A DNA stretch of 64,000 bases from Raja brachyura (Eukaryota). The stretch spans positions 21,080,001-21,144,000 of the forward strand of contig OY740786.1 in assembly GCA_963514005.1 (NCBI GenBank), given 5' to 3'. Positions 1-8,334 of this stretch are shown here, one piece after another. Position numbers and translations under genes: made by a program. The notes beneath the pieces are model-generated. The model was given only the letters and a program-made list of their open reading frames with translations. It was not told where the DNA came from and did no database searches. Every line of letters begins with the position of its first letter. Positions within the stretch are counted from its first letter, which is position 1.

Positions 1-196
1 GGTTGGCTCAAGTGTAACGGGAGAGGAACTTGGTAAGTCGGGAGAGCACCTTGGAACATCGCATAAAGAACATGCCCGTGGGAACTCGGTTAAACACTTG
101 ACCATAAACTTTGAATCTCGTGCATAACCACGAGTCCGTTTTTTTTCTTTCACTTGGGGTCACTCTTGGGTGGACTCGCACTGTGAGACAGGGCCT
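1..196. mobile_element. Right end of a non-autonomous PIF/Harbinger-type DNA transposon (same family as 1522-4137)
   Basis: Ends ...GGGGTCACTCTTGGGTGGACTCGCACTGTGAGACAGGGCCT followed by TTA; nearly identical to the right TIR at 4090-4137. Confidence 0.7.
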
Positions 197-419
197 TTAC
201 TCAACTCTTAAAATAAATTAAAGTTCAAATCTGCTTCCACTTTAGGGTAGCTGTCTAGTTCTTGCCTTTTTTAAAGAGCAAAATTCTTCATCCAATTAAC
301 AATCCTTTCCTGATTTCTCACTTTTCCTGCTTCAGATGGTCAATATTTCCCTGGGCTTCTTATTCTTGTCTCTCATTTACATTTCCGCTTCACTTTATCT
401 CCAGCACAATGACTTTGGC

Positions 420-1200
420 CACATTTGTAGTATTGCATGCAGCTCTGGTCACCCCATTACACTTAGATGTGGAGGCTTTCAAGAGGGGGCAGAGGTTTAC
501 CAGAATGCTGCCTAGATGAGAGGGCTTCAGAAACAGGCAGAGGTTGGAAAGACTTGGATTGCTTTATTTGGAATGCCGGAGGTTGTGGAAAGACTTGATA
601 AAAGTATAGAAAAGATTCTGAGAGGCAAAGATAGGGCAGACAGCGAGAACCTTTTTCCCCCCAGGGTGGAAGTGTCGAACATTAGAGAGCATAGTTATAC
701 AGTGAGGGAAATGTTTAATGGAAATATGCACAGCAAGTCGAACAAGGGGAGGACCTACACAGTAAATGGTAGGCCTGTGGGTAGTGTTGTAGAGCAGAGG
801 GATCTAGGAGTGCAGGTGCACGGTTCCTTGAAGGTCGAGTCGCAGGTAGATAAGGAGGTCAAAAAGGTTTTTGGCACTTTGGCCAACAGTCAGAGTATTG
901 TGTATAGAAGTTGGAAGGTCAACACGTGTAAGGGGAAAAGATTTAATAGGAATCCGAGGGGTAACGTTTCCATACAAAGGGTGGTGGGTGTACAGAACAA
1001 GCTGCCAGAGGAGGTAGTTGAGGCTGGGACTATCCCATCGTTTAAGAAACAGTTAGACATGGTACATGGATAGGAGAGGTTTGGAGGGATATGGACCGGC
1101 AATCGCAGGCAAGTGGGACTAGTGTAACTGGGACATTGTTGGCGGCGTGGACGAGTTGGTCCGAAGGGCTGGTTTCCACACTGTATGACTCAATTACTTT
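420..1200 (+). mobile_element. Nested degraded CR1 LINE 3' fragments
   Basis: Translations contain CR1 ORF2 C-terminal motifs (QRFTRMLP, EQRDLGVQVHGSLKV, QRVVGVQNKLPEEVVEAGTI) and a CR1-type 3' UTR. Confidence 0.8.
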
Positions 1201-1389
1201 ATGTATAGTCAGGTGAAATCAGTTTAAGTAGGCGTCATTTTTAGCACAAACATTGCGGGTTGAAGGGCCCGTGCCTATGATGTACTATTCAATGTAGATT
1301 TCATAAAGTTATTGCTTTGAAAGAGTCAGGACGGTGAATCAACATGCTGGAGTGATGCTGACTCATCCTGGTATCACACACTTCTAGTC

Positions 1390-1521
1390 AAGGTGTCAAA
1401 TCATGGCTTTGCAACCATACTTGTGCCCGAGTCAGAAAGTTTGGGATTCCAGCTCTCTCCGGAGACCTGCAGCTAAGTCCAGGCCAACATTCTAATGCAG
1501 TACTGTCAGAGTTCCTGCTTA
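1390..1521 (+). mobile_element. Old Deu-domain SINE (SacSINE1/AmnSINE-like), 5' part; continues at 4141-4380
   Basis: GAGTCAGAAAGTTTGGGATTCCAG...CCAGGCCAACATTCTAATGCAGTACTG resembles the recalled DeuSINE core; the downstream half (GATCTCATGGCCACTG...TCATTATCTCATT...TTTCCACATTGCAGCAAG) resumes right after 4140. Confidence 0.55.
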
Positions 1522-2306
1522 AAGCCCTGTCTCACGGTGAGAGTCCACCCACGAGTGATCCCGAGTGAAAGAAAAAAATTCAAACTTATGGTTGTCTACG
1601 AGATTCCAAGTTTATGTTCGCGAGTTTAAACGAGTTCCCACGTGTATGTCTAAGTTTGCCGTTTACTTCTCATTTCTGCCATGTACCAAGTTCCTCTCCC
1701 GAGTTACCAAGTTCCTCTCCCGAGTTACTCTTGAGCCAACAACGACTACCGACGTGTGGAAAAATCATCACATGGATAAAAATTATGTCATGCAGTTTTT
1801 TTAAACTATTAAAAGCCTCCCATGACCATGGACAGAACTGCCCCGATGATCAGCTTCTCCGTGTCTCTTATGTAGCTGCATGCTTCTCTTTTCATGTAAT
1901 TACCCGCTGTGTGCTTGCAAACAAAAAAAAACAGGTTTAACCTTTTATCAAATCGTTGCCTATAATTGCTGCAATGCAATAAATGGCATTTAAAGTACTT
2001 GGCTGTTAAAAAAAGCACAAAACGTTAAGGTGTTTAAGAAACGGACTGCAGGGAGAACTTCAAAGCTTTTGTAAATTGATTAAATTCAGGTAGAAGTTGA
2101 ACTCAAGATTTAAATCCCCTGAAAGTTAGGTTTCTTAACACAGGATAGATGTTCTGCCAGAACGGAGTTGCTGAATAAAATCGTCTCCCGTTTTCCTCCG
2201 TTTCTTGCATGACCTCGGCTTGCCAGCTTTATTTCACACTCCGTGATCTGTGTAATGTATATGTGTAAAATAATAAACTGACCAAGAAGGTCCAGTGTTC
2301 TACCCT

Positions 2307-2599
2307 GTTAGTTTAGTTTAGTGATACAGAGCAGAAAGGTCCTTCGGACCACCAAGTCCGCGCCGACCAGCAATCCCCGCACACTAACACCATCCTACAC
2401 CCACTATGGACATTTTTACATTCACCAAGCCAATTAACCTACAAACCTGTACATCGAGTGTGGGTTGATCTCGGAGAAAACCCACTCAGGTCACAGAGAT
2501 AATTTACTCAGTACAGAAAGCACCCGTAGTTGGGATCGAACCCGGGTCTCCGACGCTGCATTCGCTGTCAGGCAGCAACTTTACCGCTGCACCACCGTG
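2307..2599 (-). mobile_element. tRNA-derived SINE (HE1/V-SINE-like)
   Basis: Minus strand reads CACGGTGGTGCAGCGGTAAAGTTGCTGCC...GACCCGGGTTCGATCCC (A and B boxes) and ends in a (CTAAA)n tail. Confidence 0.85.
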
Positions 2600-2626
2600 A
2601 ATGAAGGCCTGTTTTAAGTATCAAAT

Positions 2627-3205
2627 AGAGGAGCAAGAGGGTGATCAAGGCGGAGAAAGTGTAGAGGCCAATGCCCAGGTAGTCCAACTCGCAGGTCCAC
2701 CATGATGACGATGCCGTGGCCGCGGTGGGCTTTGGGGGAGGTGCAGGTGACATCTGAGCAGGCGAGGGATGTAGACCGTGGTCTGATTGATCCACCACAC
2801 AAACCATCTGGCGTCGCAGGTGCAGAGAAAGTGGTTGCCACTTAGGCGCAGCTCCCGAAGGTGTTTGATGGCGCTGTCCAGGAAACTGGAGGCCTGGGTG
2901 GTCTTCAGGTTGTTGTAGCTGAGATCCAGGTACTGCAGGGAGGTCACGTCCTGCAGGAGGTCCTTGGTCAGCTTGGAGATCTGGTTGCGGGTGCGGTTGA
3001 AGACACGCAGGGTCTGGGTGCAGTTGGACAGCATGCGAGGCAACGTGGTCAACAGGTTGCTACCGAGGTCCAGCAGCTCCAACCAGCCTAGCAGGTAAAG
3101 CCTGCCCCAGTTGAAGCTCCACAGCTGGTTACCGCTCAGCACAAGCTCCTTGAGTAGCGGGGGCAGGTGGTCAAACACGTTGTGCGGCATGAACGCAAAT
3201 TTCTT
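2627..3205 (-). pseudogene. TLR7: TLR7-like fragment (last LRRs, LRRCT, start of transmembrane helix) with two frameshifts
   Basis: MPHNVFDHLPPLLKELVLSGNQLWSFNW...LDLGSNLLTTLPRMLSNCTQTL...LQYLDLSYN...LSGNHFLCTCDARWFVWWINQTTVYIPRL, then SDVTCTSPKAHRGHGIVI, then WTCELDYLGIGLYTFSALITLLLL in three frames; colinear with recalled TLR7 (NRFLCTCDAVWFVWWVNHTEVTIPYLATDVTC...YTCELD). No N-terminus or TIR domain. Confidence 0.85.
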
Positions 3206-3280
3206 CCCCTAATAATCCGCTGCTCTCTGTGTTCGAGAGCGAAAACTTGCAAAGGGCACGCACGGTTCCTCGCCAGCGAA

Positions 3281-3502
3281 GATGGACACAGAATGCTGGA
3301 GTAACTCAGCGGGACAGGCAGCATCTCTGGTGAGAAGGAATGGGTGACGTTTCGGGTCGAGACCCATTATTCTCTCCAGAGATACGGCAACAGCACAGCA
3401 CAAAACCAGTCTGAAGAAGGGTCTCGACCCGAAACGTCACCAATTCCTTTTCTCCAGAGATGCTGTCTGCCCCGCTGAGTTACTCCAGCATTTTGTGTCT
3501 AT
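3281..3502. mobile_element. Short inverted-arm Penelope-like non-autonomous element with hammerhead-ribozyme motif
   Basis: Arm 3281-3365 is the reverse complement of about 3419-3502; the right arm carries CTGAAGA-A-GGGTCTCGACCC-GAAA-CGTC (3411-3438). Confidence 0.65.
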
Positions 3503-4747
3503 AGCCCATGGCTTATAATGTCACCTCACATTGTAAAATCATTATCTGAAGAAATGTCGCCTCGCTGGCTCAAACATAATCTATGTCTTTCTGCTTCATG
3601 TGCGTGGGAATTCCCCCAGTATGGTCACTTTTCACGCGTCCCGCCTGGTGTTAACCCTTCCCATCAATGCTTGACCCCCATCTTCGCTCTGTACCTTCAG
3701 CTTCATCCGCGGCTCTCTCCCATCGAAAGTACCCAAGTTAATTTCAGACCCCCTATCCATTCATTTATCTTCCATTAAGATCAGACTAATCTTCAACATT
3801 TCACTTCTGGCACTCAGGCCAAACCCACAGTAGAATCAAGTCACTACGGTAAACTCAAGTGCCACTACGTTCTTACAACGAGTTTAAATGTTTCAAATTT
3901 TAACTTCAAGAGTAAATCTTGAAGTTAATGTGGAAATGTGGAAATCTTTACACATGTTTACATTTTTTCAAGAGTTAACAAGTTTCCCGGGTACCTGCCA
4001 TTAGCGCCACGGGTCGCTAAGTTGCGTCCACGAGTTTCGACGTTCCCGCTACGTTAATTGTACGTGATTACCATGAGTTTAATTTGTTTTAAACTCGGGG
4101 TCACTCGTGGGTCGACTCGCACCGTGAGACAGGGGTTTTACAGTTAGAACAATGGATCTCATGGCCACTGTTTCCAAAAGGAGAGTGAAATTATTCAGTC
4201 TCCTGGTCTATTTTTATCCAACAAAACACCAGCAAATAAAGCTAATCAGTCATTATCTCATTATGTAAACAAACGGATTGCAAAACTTTCCACATTGCAG
4301 CAAGACCACCATTCAAAAGGTCCTTTACCAGATACAAGACATCTAAGTGACCTTGACATTGTGAAATTCCAATGCAAGAATTGTCAGTGCTAGAAATCTG
4401 AAATCAAAATTTAAAATGCAGCTTCAGCTGCTGAGTGTTTCAAACAATTTCTGTTTTTATTATTGAAATTTAAGTTTTCTGTATCACACAACAGAGCATT
4501 GAGGTTATCAGTCTCCATACAATGCTTACACAATACAACAAAATTAAATAAAAACATTTAACAGGACAAGGCTTGGAAAATGCATTTGTTTTTTTCTGGG
4601 GAGAAATAGACAAGGAGATGTTTTATCCTCCAATTCTCACTTCCATAGCCAAGGCCAATGCTCAATCCTTCCAGGACTCACGTTAATCAAGATGGAAACT
4701 ATCATGTGTCACCAAAATTCACTAAATATCCTAATTTACAAAAAAAA

Positions 4748-4840
4748 TGACAATTGCTGGAGTAACTTAGCAGGTCAGGGAGCATCACTACAGAATATGG
4801 ATAGGTGACATTTCGGGTTGGAACCGTTCGTCAGAATGAT
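4748..4840 (-). mobile_element. Diverged copy of the hammerhead-bearing element
   Basis: TGCTGGAGTAACTTAGCAGGTCAGG arm; minus strand reads CTGACGA-ACGGTTCCAACCC-GAAA-TGTC. Confidence 0.55.
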
Positions 4841-5229
4841 TGAAGGGGAGTGCTGTGTCTGCGATGGAAAATACCTGTGAATGTGTGTCTGGGATGAGGT
4901 ACATGTGGATGGAGTAGGTTTGGGATAGGTGGTAGCGAGGGAGAGATGTGCCTAGGGGTGGGGATGGGTTATCTGGGTTGGGGATGGTGGTGTCTGGATG
5001 GGTGGTACCTTGGTCTGGAGGTGGGATACTCCTGGGTGTGGGGTGGGGAGGATTAAGGCGGGGTGTGCCCCGGGCCGGGGAAGAAACTGGGTTAGAGGTG
5101 ATGGTATCTAGATGGGAGCTATATGGGGTCGATGGCGGGGTTGAGGATTGTCTGGGTGTGGGGGTGGTGGTGTGTCTGGTATAGGTAGTGTCTAGGGAGA
5201 GGGGAGGGTTGTCTGGGTGATGGTCTATC

Positions 5230-5700
5230 TGGGAGATGGGAGGTGCCTGGCGTGGGGGGCTTGAGGGGAGGTCGGGTTCGGGAAGAGCCCCGCTCACTCA
5301 CCCGCTGCACCGAGCCCGGCACCAGCCGCTCCAGCAGCCGGCAGAGTGCCACCCCATCCCGGAGCACGGCCCGCAGGAAGGCCTCGGGGTCCGACACGCT
5401 CTTCTTGGGGGACTCGAGTACCCCGAGGCTGATGAGCCAGGTCACCGTCTGCTCGGCCGAGCTCATGGCGGCCGCGGGCCGGGCGCTGGCTGCTGGCTGC
5501 CGGCTCCCCGAGCCACAGCTTCTGCTTCACAGTGTCGCTCACTGGGTCTGGTCGCGCCGGAGCTACTCCGGGCTGCCCAGCATGGCAGACGGAGCGTCGG
5601 CCGAGCGCACTGCTTATCCCCGATCCTCGCTGCTTCGACAGCCCATCGCTGCTGACGCCCCCTAGCGCCGTCCGCTCCGCATGCCCAGCCCCCTCACCGC
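5230..5700. promoter_or_regulatory. CpG island over ARHGEF7 exon 1 and 5' UTR
   Basis: High GC and dense CpGs compared with the CpG-poor flanks. Confidence 0.75.
5302..5466 (-). CDS. ARHGEF7: Rho guanine nucleotide exchange factor 7 (beta-PIX), coding exon 1 (start of calponin-homology domain)
   Basis: gccgccATG, then [55 protein letters not shown] (55 aa) and a GTGAGT donor at 5301; matches the recalled ARHGEF7 N-terminus and lies head-to-head with ANKRD10 as in other vertebrates. Confidence 0.93.
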
Positions 5701-6318
5701 AGACCCCGCCCCCTCACCGCAGACCCCGCCCCCTCACCAACGACCCCGCCCCCTCACCGCAGACCCCGCCCCTCACCGCAGACCCCGCCCCATCACCGCA
5801 GACCTCGCCCCCATCGAAGACCCCGCCCCTCACCGCAGACCCCGCCCCCTCACCGCAGACCCCGCCCCCTAACCGCAGACCACGCCCCTAACCGCAGACC
5901 ACGCCCCCTCATCGCAGACCCCGCCCCATCACCGCAGACCTCGCCCCCATCGAAGACCCCGCCCCTCACCGCAGACCCCGCCCCCTCACCGCAGACCCCG
6001 CCCCCTCACCGCAGACCCCGCCCCCTCACCGCAGACCACGCCCCTCACCGCAGACCCCGCCCCCTCATCGCAGACCCCGCCCCACCGCAGATCCCGCCCC
6101 CTCACCGCAGACCACGCCCCCTCACCGCAGACCTCGCCCCCATCGAAGACCCCGCCCCTCACCGCAGACCCCGCCCCACACCGCAGACCCCGCCCCATCA
6201 CCGCATGCCCCGCCCCCCTCACCGCATATCCCGCCCCCTCACTGCTGACCCCGCCCCCATCGCAGACCACGCCCCTCAACACAGACCCCGCCTCCTCCCC
6301 GCAGACCCCCCCCCGCCC
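5689..6318. repeat. GC-rich minisatellite, about 19-20 bp unit CCCCTCACCGCAGACCCCGC, roughly 30 copies
   Basis: Directly visible tandem array with recurring variant units (CATCGAAGACCCC, ACCTCGCCCC, ACCACGCCCC). Confidence 0.95.
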
Positions 6319-6430
6319 ACAGCACCACATTGTTCCTTTTATTTATTGAAAATATTTTGTTTGTTTATTATATTCTCTATTGAGAACTGTCAAGAGTCAA
6401 GAGTGTTTTACTGTCACCTGTACCAAAATG

Positions 6431-6645
6431 GGGCGACACGGTGGCGCAGCGGTAGAGTTGCTGCCTTACATTACTTACAGCACCAGAGACCCGGGTTCGA
6501 TCCAGACTATGGGCACTATATGGATGCTTGGTATAAATGTAAATTGTCCCTAGTGTGGGTGGGATAGTGTTAATGTGCTGGTCAGTGCCATCCTGGTGGG
6601 CCGAAGAGCCTGTTTCTGTGTTGAATCACTAAAGTAAACCTAACT
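6431..6645 (+). mobile_element. tRNA-SINE (internally deleted) inserted in a Rex1-like fragment
   Basis: GGCGACACGGTGGCGCAGCGGTAGAGTTGCTGCC...GACCCGGGTTCGATCC head and a TAAACCTAA tail. Confidence 0.8.
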
Positions 6646-7490
6646 GTGTTTATAAATCTGGTGTGCTGCTGCAAGTAAGAATTTCAGTGTTCCGTTTTGG
6701 TACAAGTGACAATTAAGCACTCTTGACATTCATCCACCGACCTTCTGTTCAAAGCAGGCAAAGAGTGCATTGAGCTCATCAGGGAGGGACCCATTGCTTC
6801 CAGCGATACTCCCGCCTTTGCTTTGTAGCTTGCAGTGGAGAGCGAGCATGTCACAATGTACTGTGTCATTGCCTCGGGACTCCAGCTTGGTCTGGAATTC
6901 CCTCTTGGCATCCTTAATGACTATGCATCTCTTGTAGATACATTCCTTGTCTGTTTTGATGGTTGTATAACAATGGCAGACGTGTTTGAGCCTCTGGTTG
7001 GACTGGAGACATGCTGATAATATTTTGCTAGCATGCTTGAGGTTGTTCCAATTGAAGACCCCCGGTTATTATGAACAAAGCCTCAGGGCATTTTGTTTCA
7101 AAACTATTGGTGACAGTCTGTGGTTCCTCAAGAGCAAGCTTAGCATCGGCTTGGTGTGGGATGTACACTGCTGTCAAAGTGAATACCCGTGGCAGGTAGT
7201 AACGACAACACTGGGATATTGGGGATGCTAGAGACATGTCACTGGGGATGGACTTTGGTCGTTCTCTGTGGTGTTTATTCGGAAGTTTTAAGAATCTAGT
7301 CACCTTCTTGTCTCACTTTGTGCTTGTTTTACTATTTCTCCCTTCTGGTCTCCAATCTTCCTCCACCAGCACTCACTTCCCTTCCGCTTCACTCTTCTTC
7401 CTGCTTCTGACTCTTTGTTCCTTGAAAGTCTAAGTTATGAAACGAGAAGTAAAAAAAAGAGCAATTGTAGGCAACATTCAGAGTCAAGTG
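6646..7490 (-). mobile_element. Degraded Rex1/Babar-like LINE fragments
   Basis: Rex1-type tail (GCTGCAAGTAAGAATTTCAGTGTTCC...GTGACAATTAA) plus a minus-strand endonuclease-like remnant (TAVYIPHQADAKLALEE...ETKCPEALFIITG). Confidence 0.55.
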
Positions 7491-8000
7491 ACACGTGGCC
7501 CTTAGTAGTTCTTATCCCAATGGCTTCAGTCTGTAACAACCTTCTCCTTAGACCTTCCCTTTGAGCATCTTCTCCATCCGCTTGTTGTAACCTTACTGAC
7601 CTAATGGAGGATGAGAATCAAACGTTCCTCTGGTCCATAAATATATATAAACAAACAAACTCTAATTGTGCATAGAGACCAAAAGCTGATGACCCAAGTC
7701 TATGTAGTTCAGAGCTTATTTGGAGGTTGTAGTGTTTAATAGCCTGGTGATTTAGATACCGCTGCTATGGGGAAAAGTTGCTCTCTATTTAATCTCATAA
7801 TGTCCCTCATAATTTTGTATCCAGTGACTCCTCAGTCCTTCTCAGGATGCATCAGCTAATGAAGCCGAGCCATATGTTTTCTTCAACATCTTATCTACCT
7901 GCGCTCCCACTTTCATAGTTTCTTGAACTGTCTATCTAGGTCTCTGTGTTCCTCTATTTCCTGGGGCCCATGTTATTGTGTTTGTTCATTTTTTATAAAC

Positions 8001-8110
8001 TATCTTTGGTATAAACTGTAATAACAGTTCCTTGTTATTACAAATATATACATATATATATATATATTTGTGATAACAAGGAACTGTTATTACAGTTTAT
8101 ACCAAAGATA
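8001..8110. repeat. Near-perfect inverted repeat around a (TA)n core
   Basis: TATCTTTGGTATAAACTGTAATAACAGTTCCTTGTTATTACAAATATATA ... TATATATTTGTGATAACAAGGAACTGTTATTACAGTTTATACCAAAGATA. Confidence 0.95.
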
Positions 8111-8334
8111 ATTAATACCAAAGATAGACACAAAATGCTGGATTAACTCAGTGGGCCAGGCAGCATCCCTGGAGAACATGGATAGGTGATGTTTTTGGTC
8201 AGAAGATTGGTGTTATTTTAAATACATTTAAAAAGTAGCATAGGTTGAAAATTGTAAGAAAGACACCATCTGTGTAAATCAAGGTGAAATATTGATTCTA
8301 AAACAAGCAATCGCAACACCCAAACTGTGCGTAT

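Larger units (their letters stand above)
1522..4137. mobile_element. Non-autonomous PIF/Harbinger DNA transposon with internal cargo
   Basis: Left TIR AAGCCCTGTCTCACGGTGAGAGTCCACCCACGAGTGATCCCCGAG (1522) matches the reverse complement of the right TIR ...CTCGGGGTCACTCGTGGGTCGACTCGCACCGTGAGACAGGGGTT (4137); TTA on both sides (1519-1521, 4138-4140) is the TWA duplication typical of PIF/Harbinger. Confidence 0.75.

Noticed and set aside
2540-2599. tRNA genes (also at about 6435 and 61048)
   Set aside because: These are tRNA-derived SINE heads continuing into SINE bodies and tails, not full cloverleaves.
2645-3190. 181-aa LRR ORF as a functional gene
   Set aside because: Two frameshifts in the LRRCT/TM region, no signal peptide or TIR domain, and it is embedded in a transposon; treated as a pseudogenic fragment.
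3500-3730. Myb/MADF remnant of the Harbinger on the minus strand (FFR..FYNVR.HYK)
   Set aside because: Too degraded to support as a feature without a profile search.
5689-6318. CRISPR-like array
   Set aside because: Head-to-tail units with no unique spacers, no cas genes, and a eukaryotic context.
4788-6567. Many Pro/Gly/Arg-rich ORFs
   Set aside because: By-products of the CpG island, G-rich low-complexity DNA and the minisatellite; only 5302-5466 has homology and splice signals.
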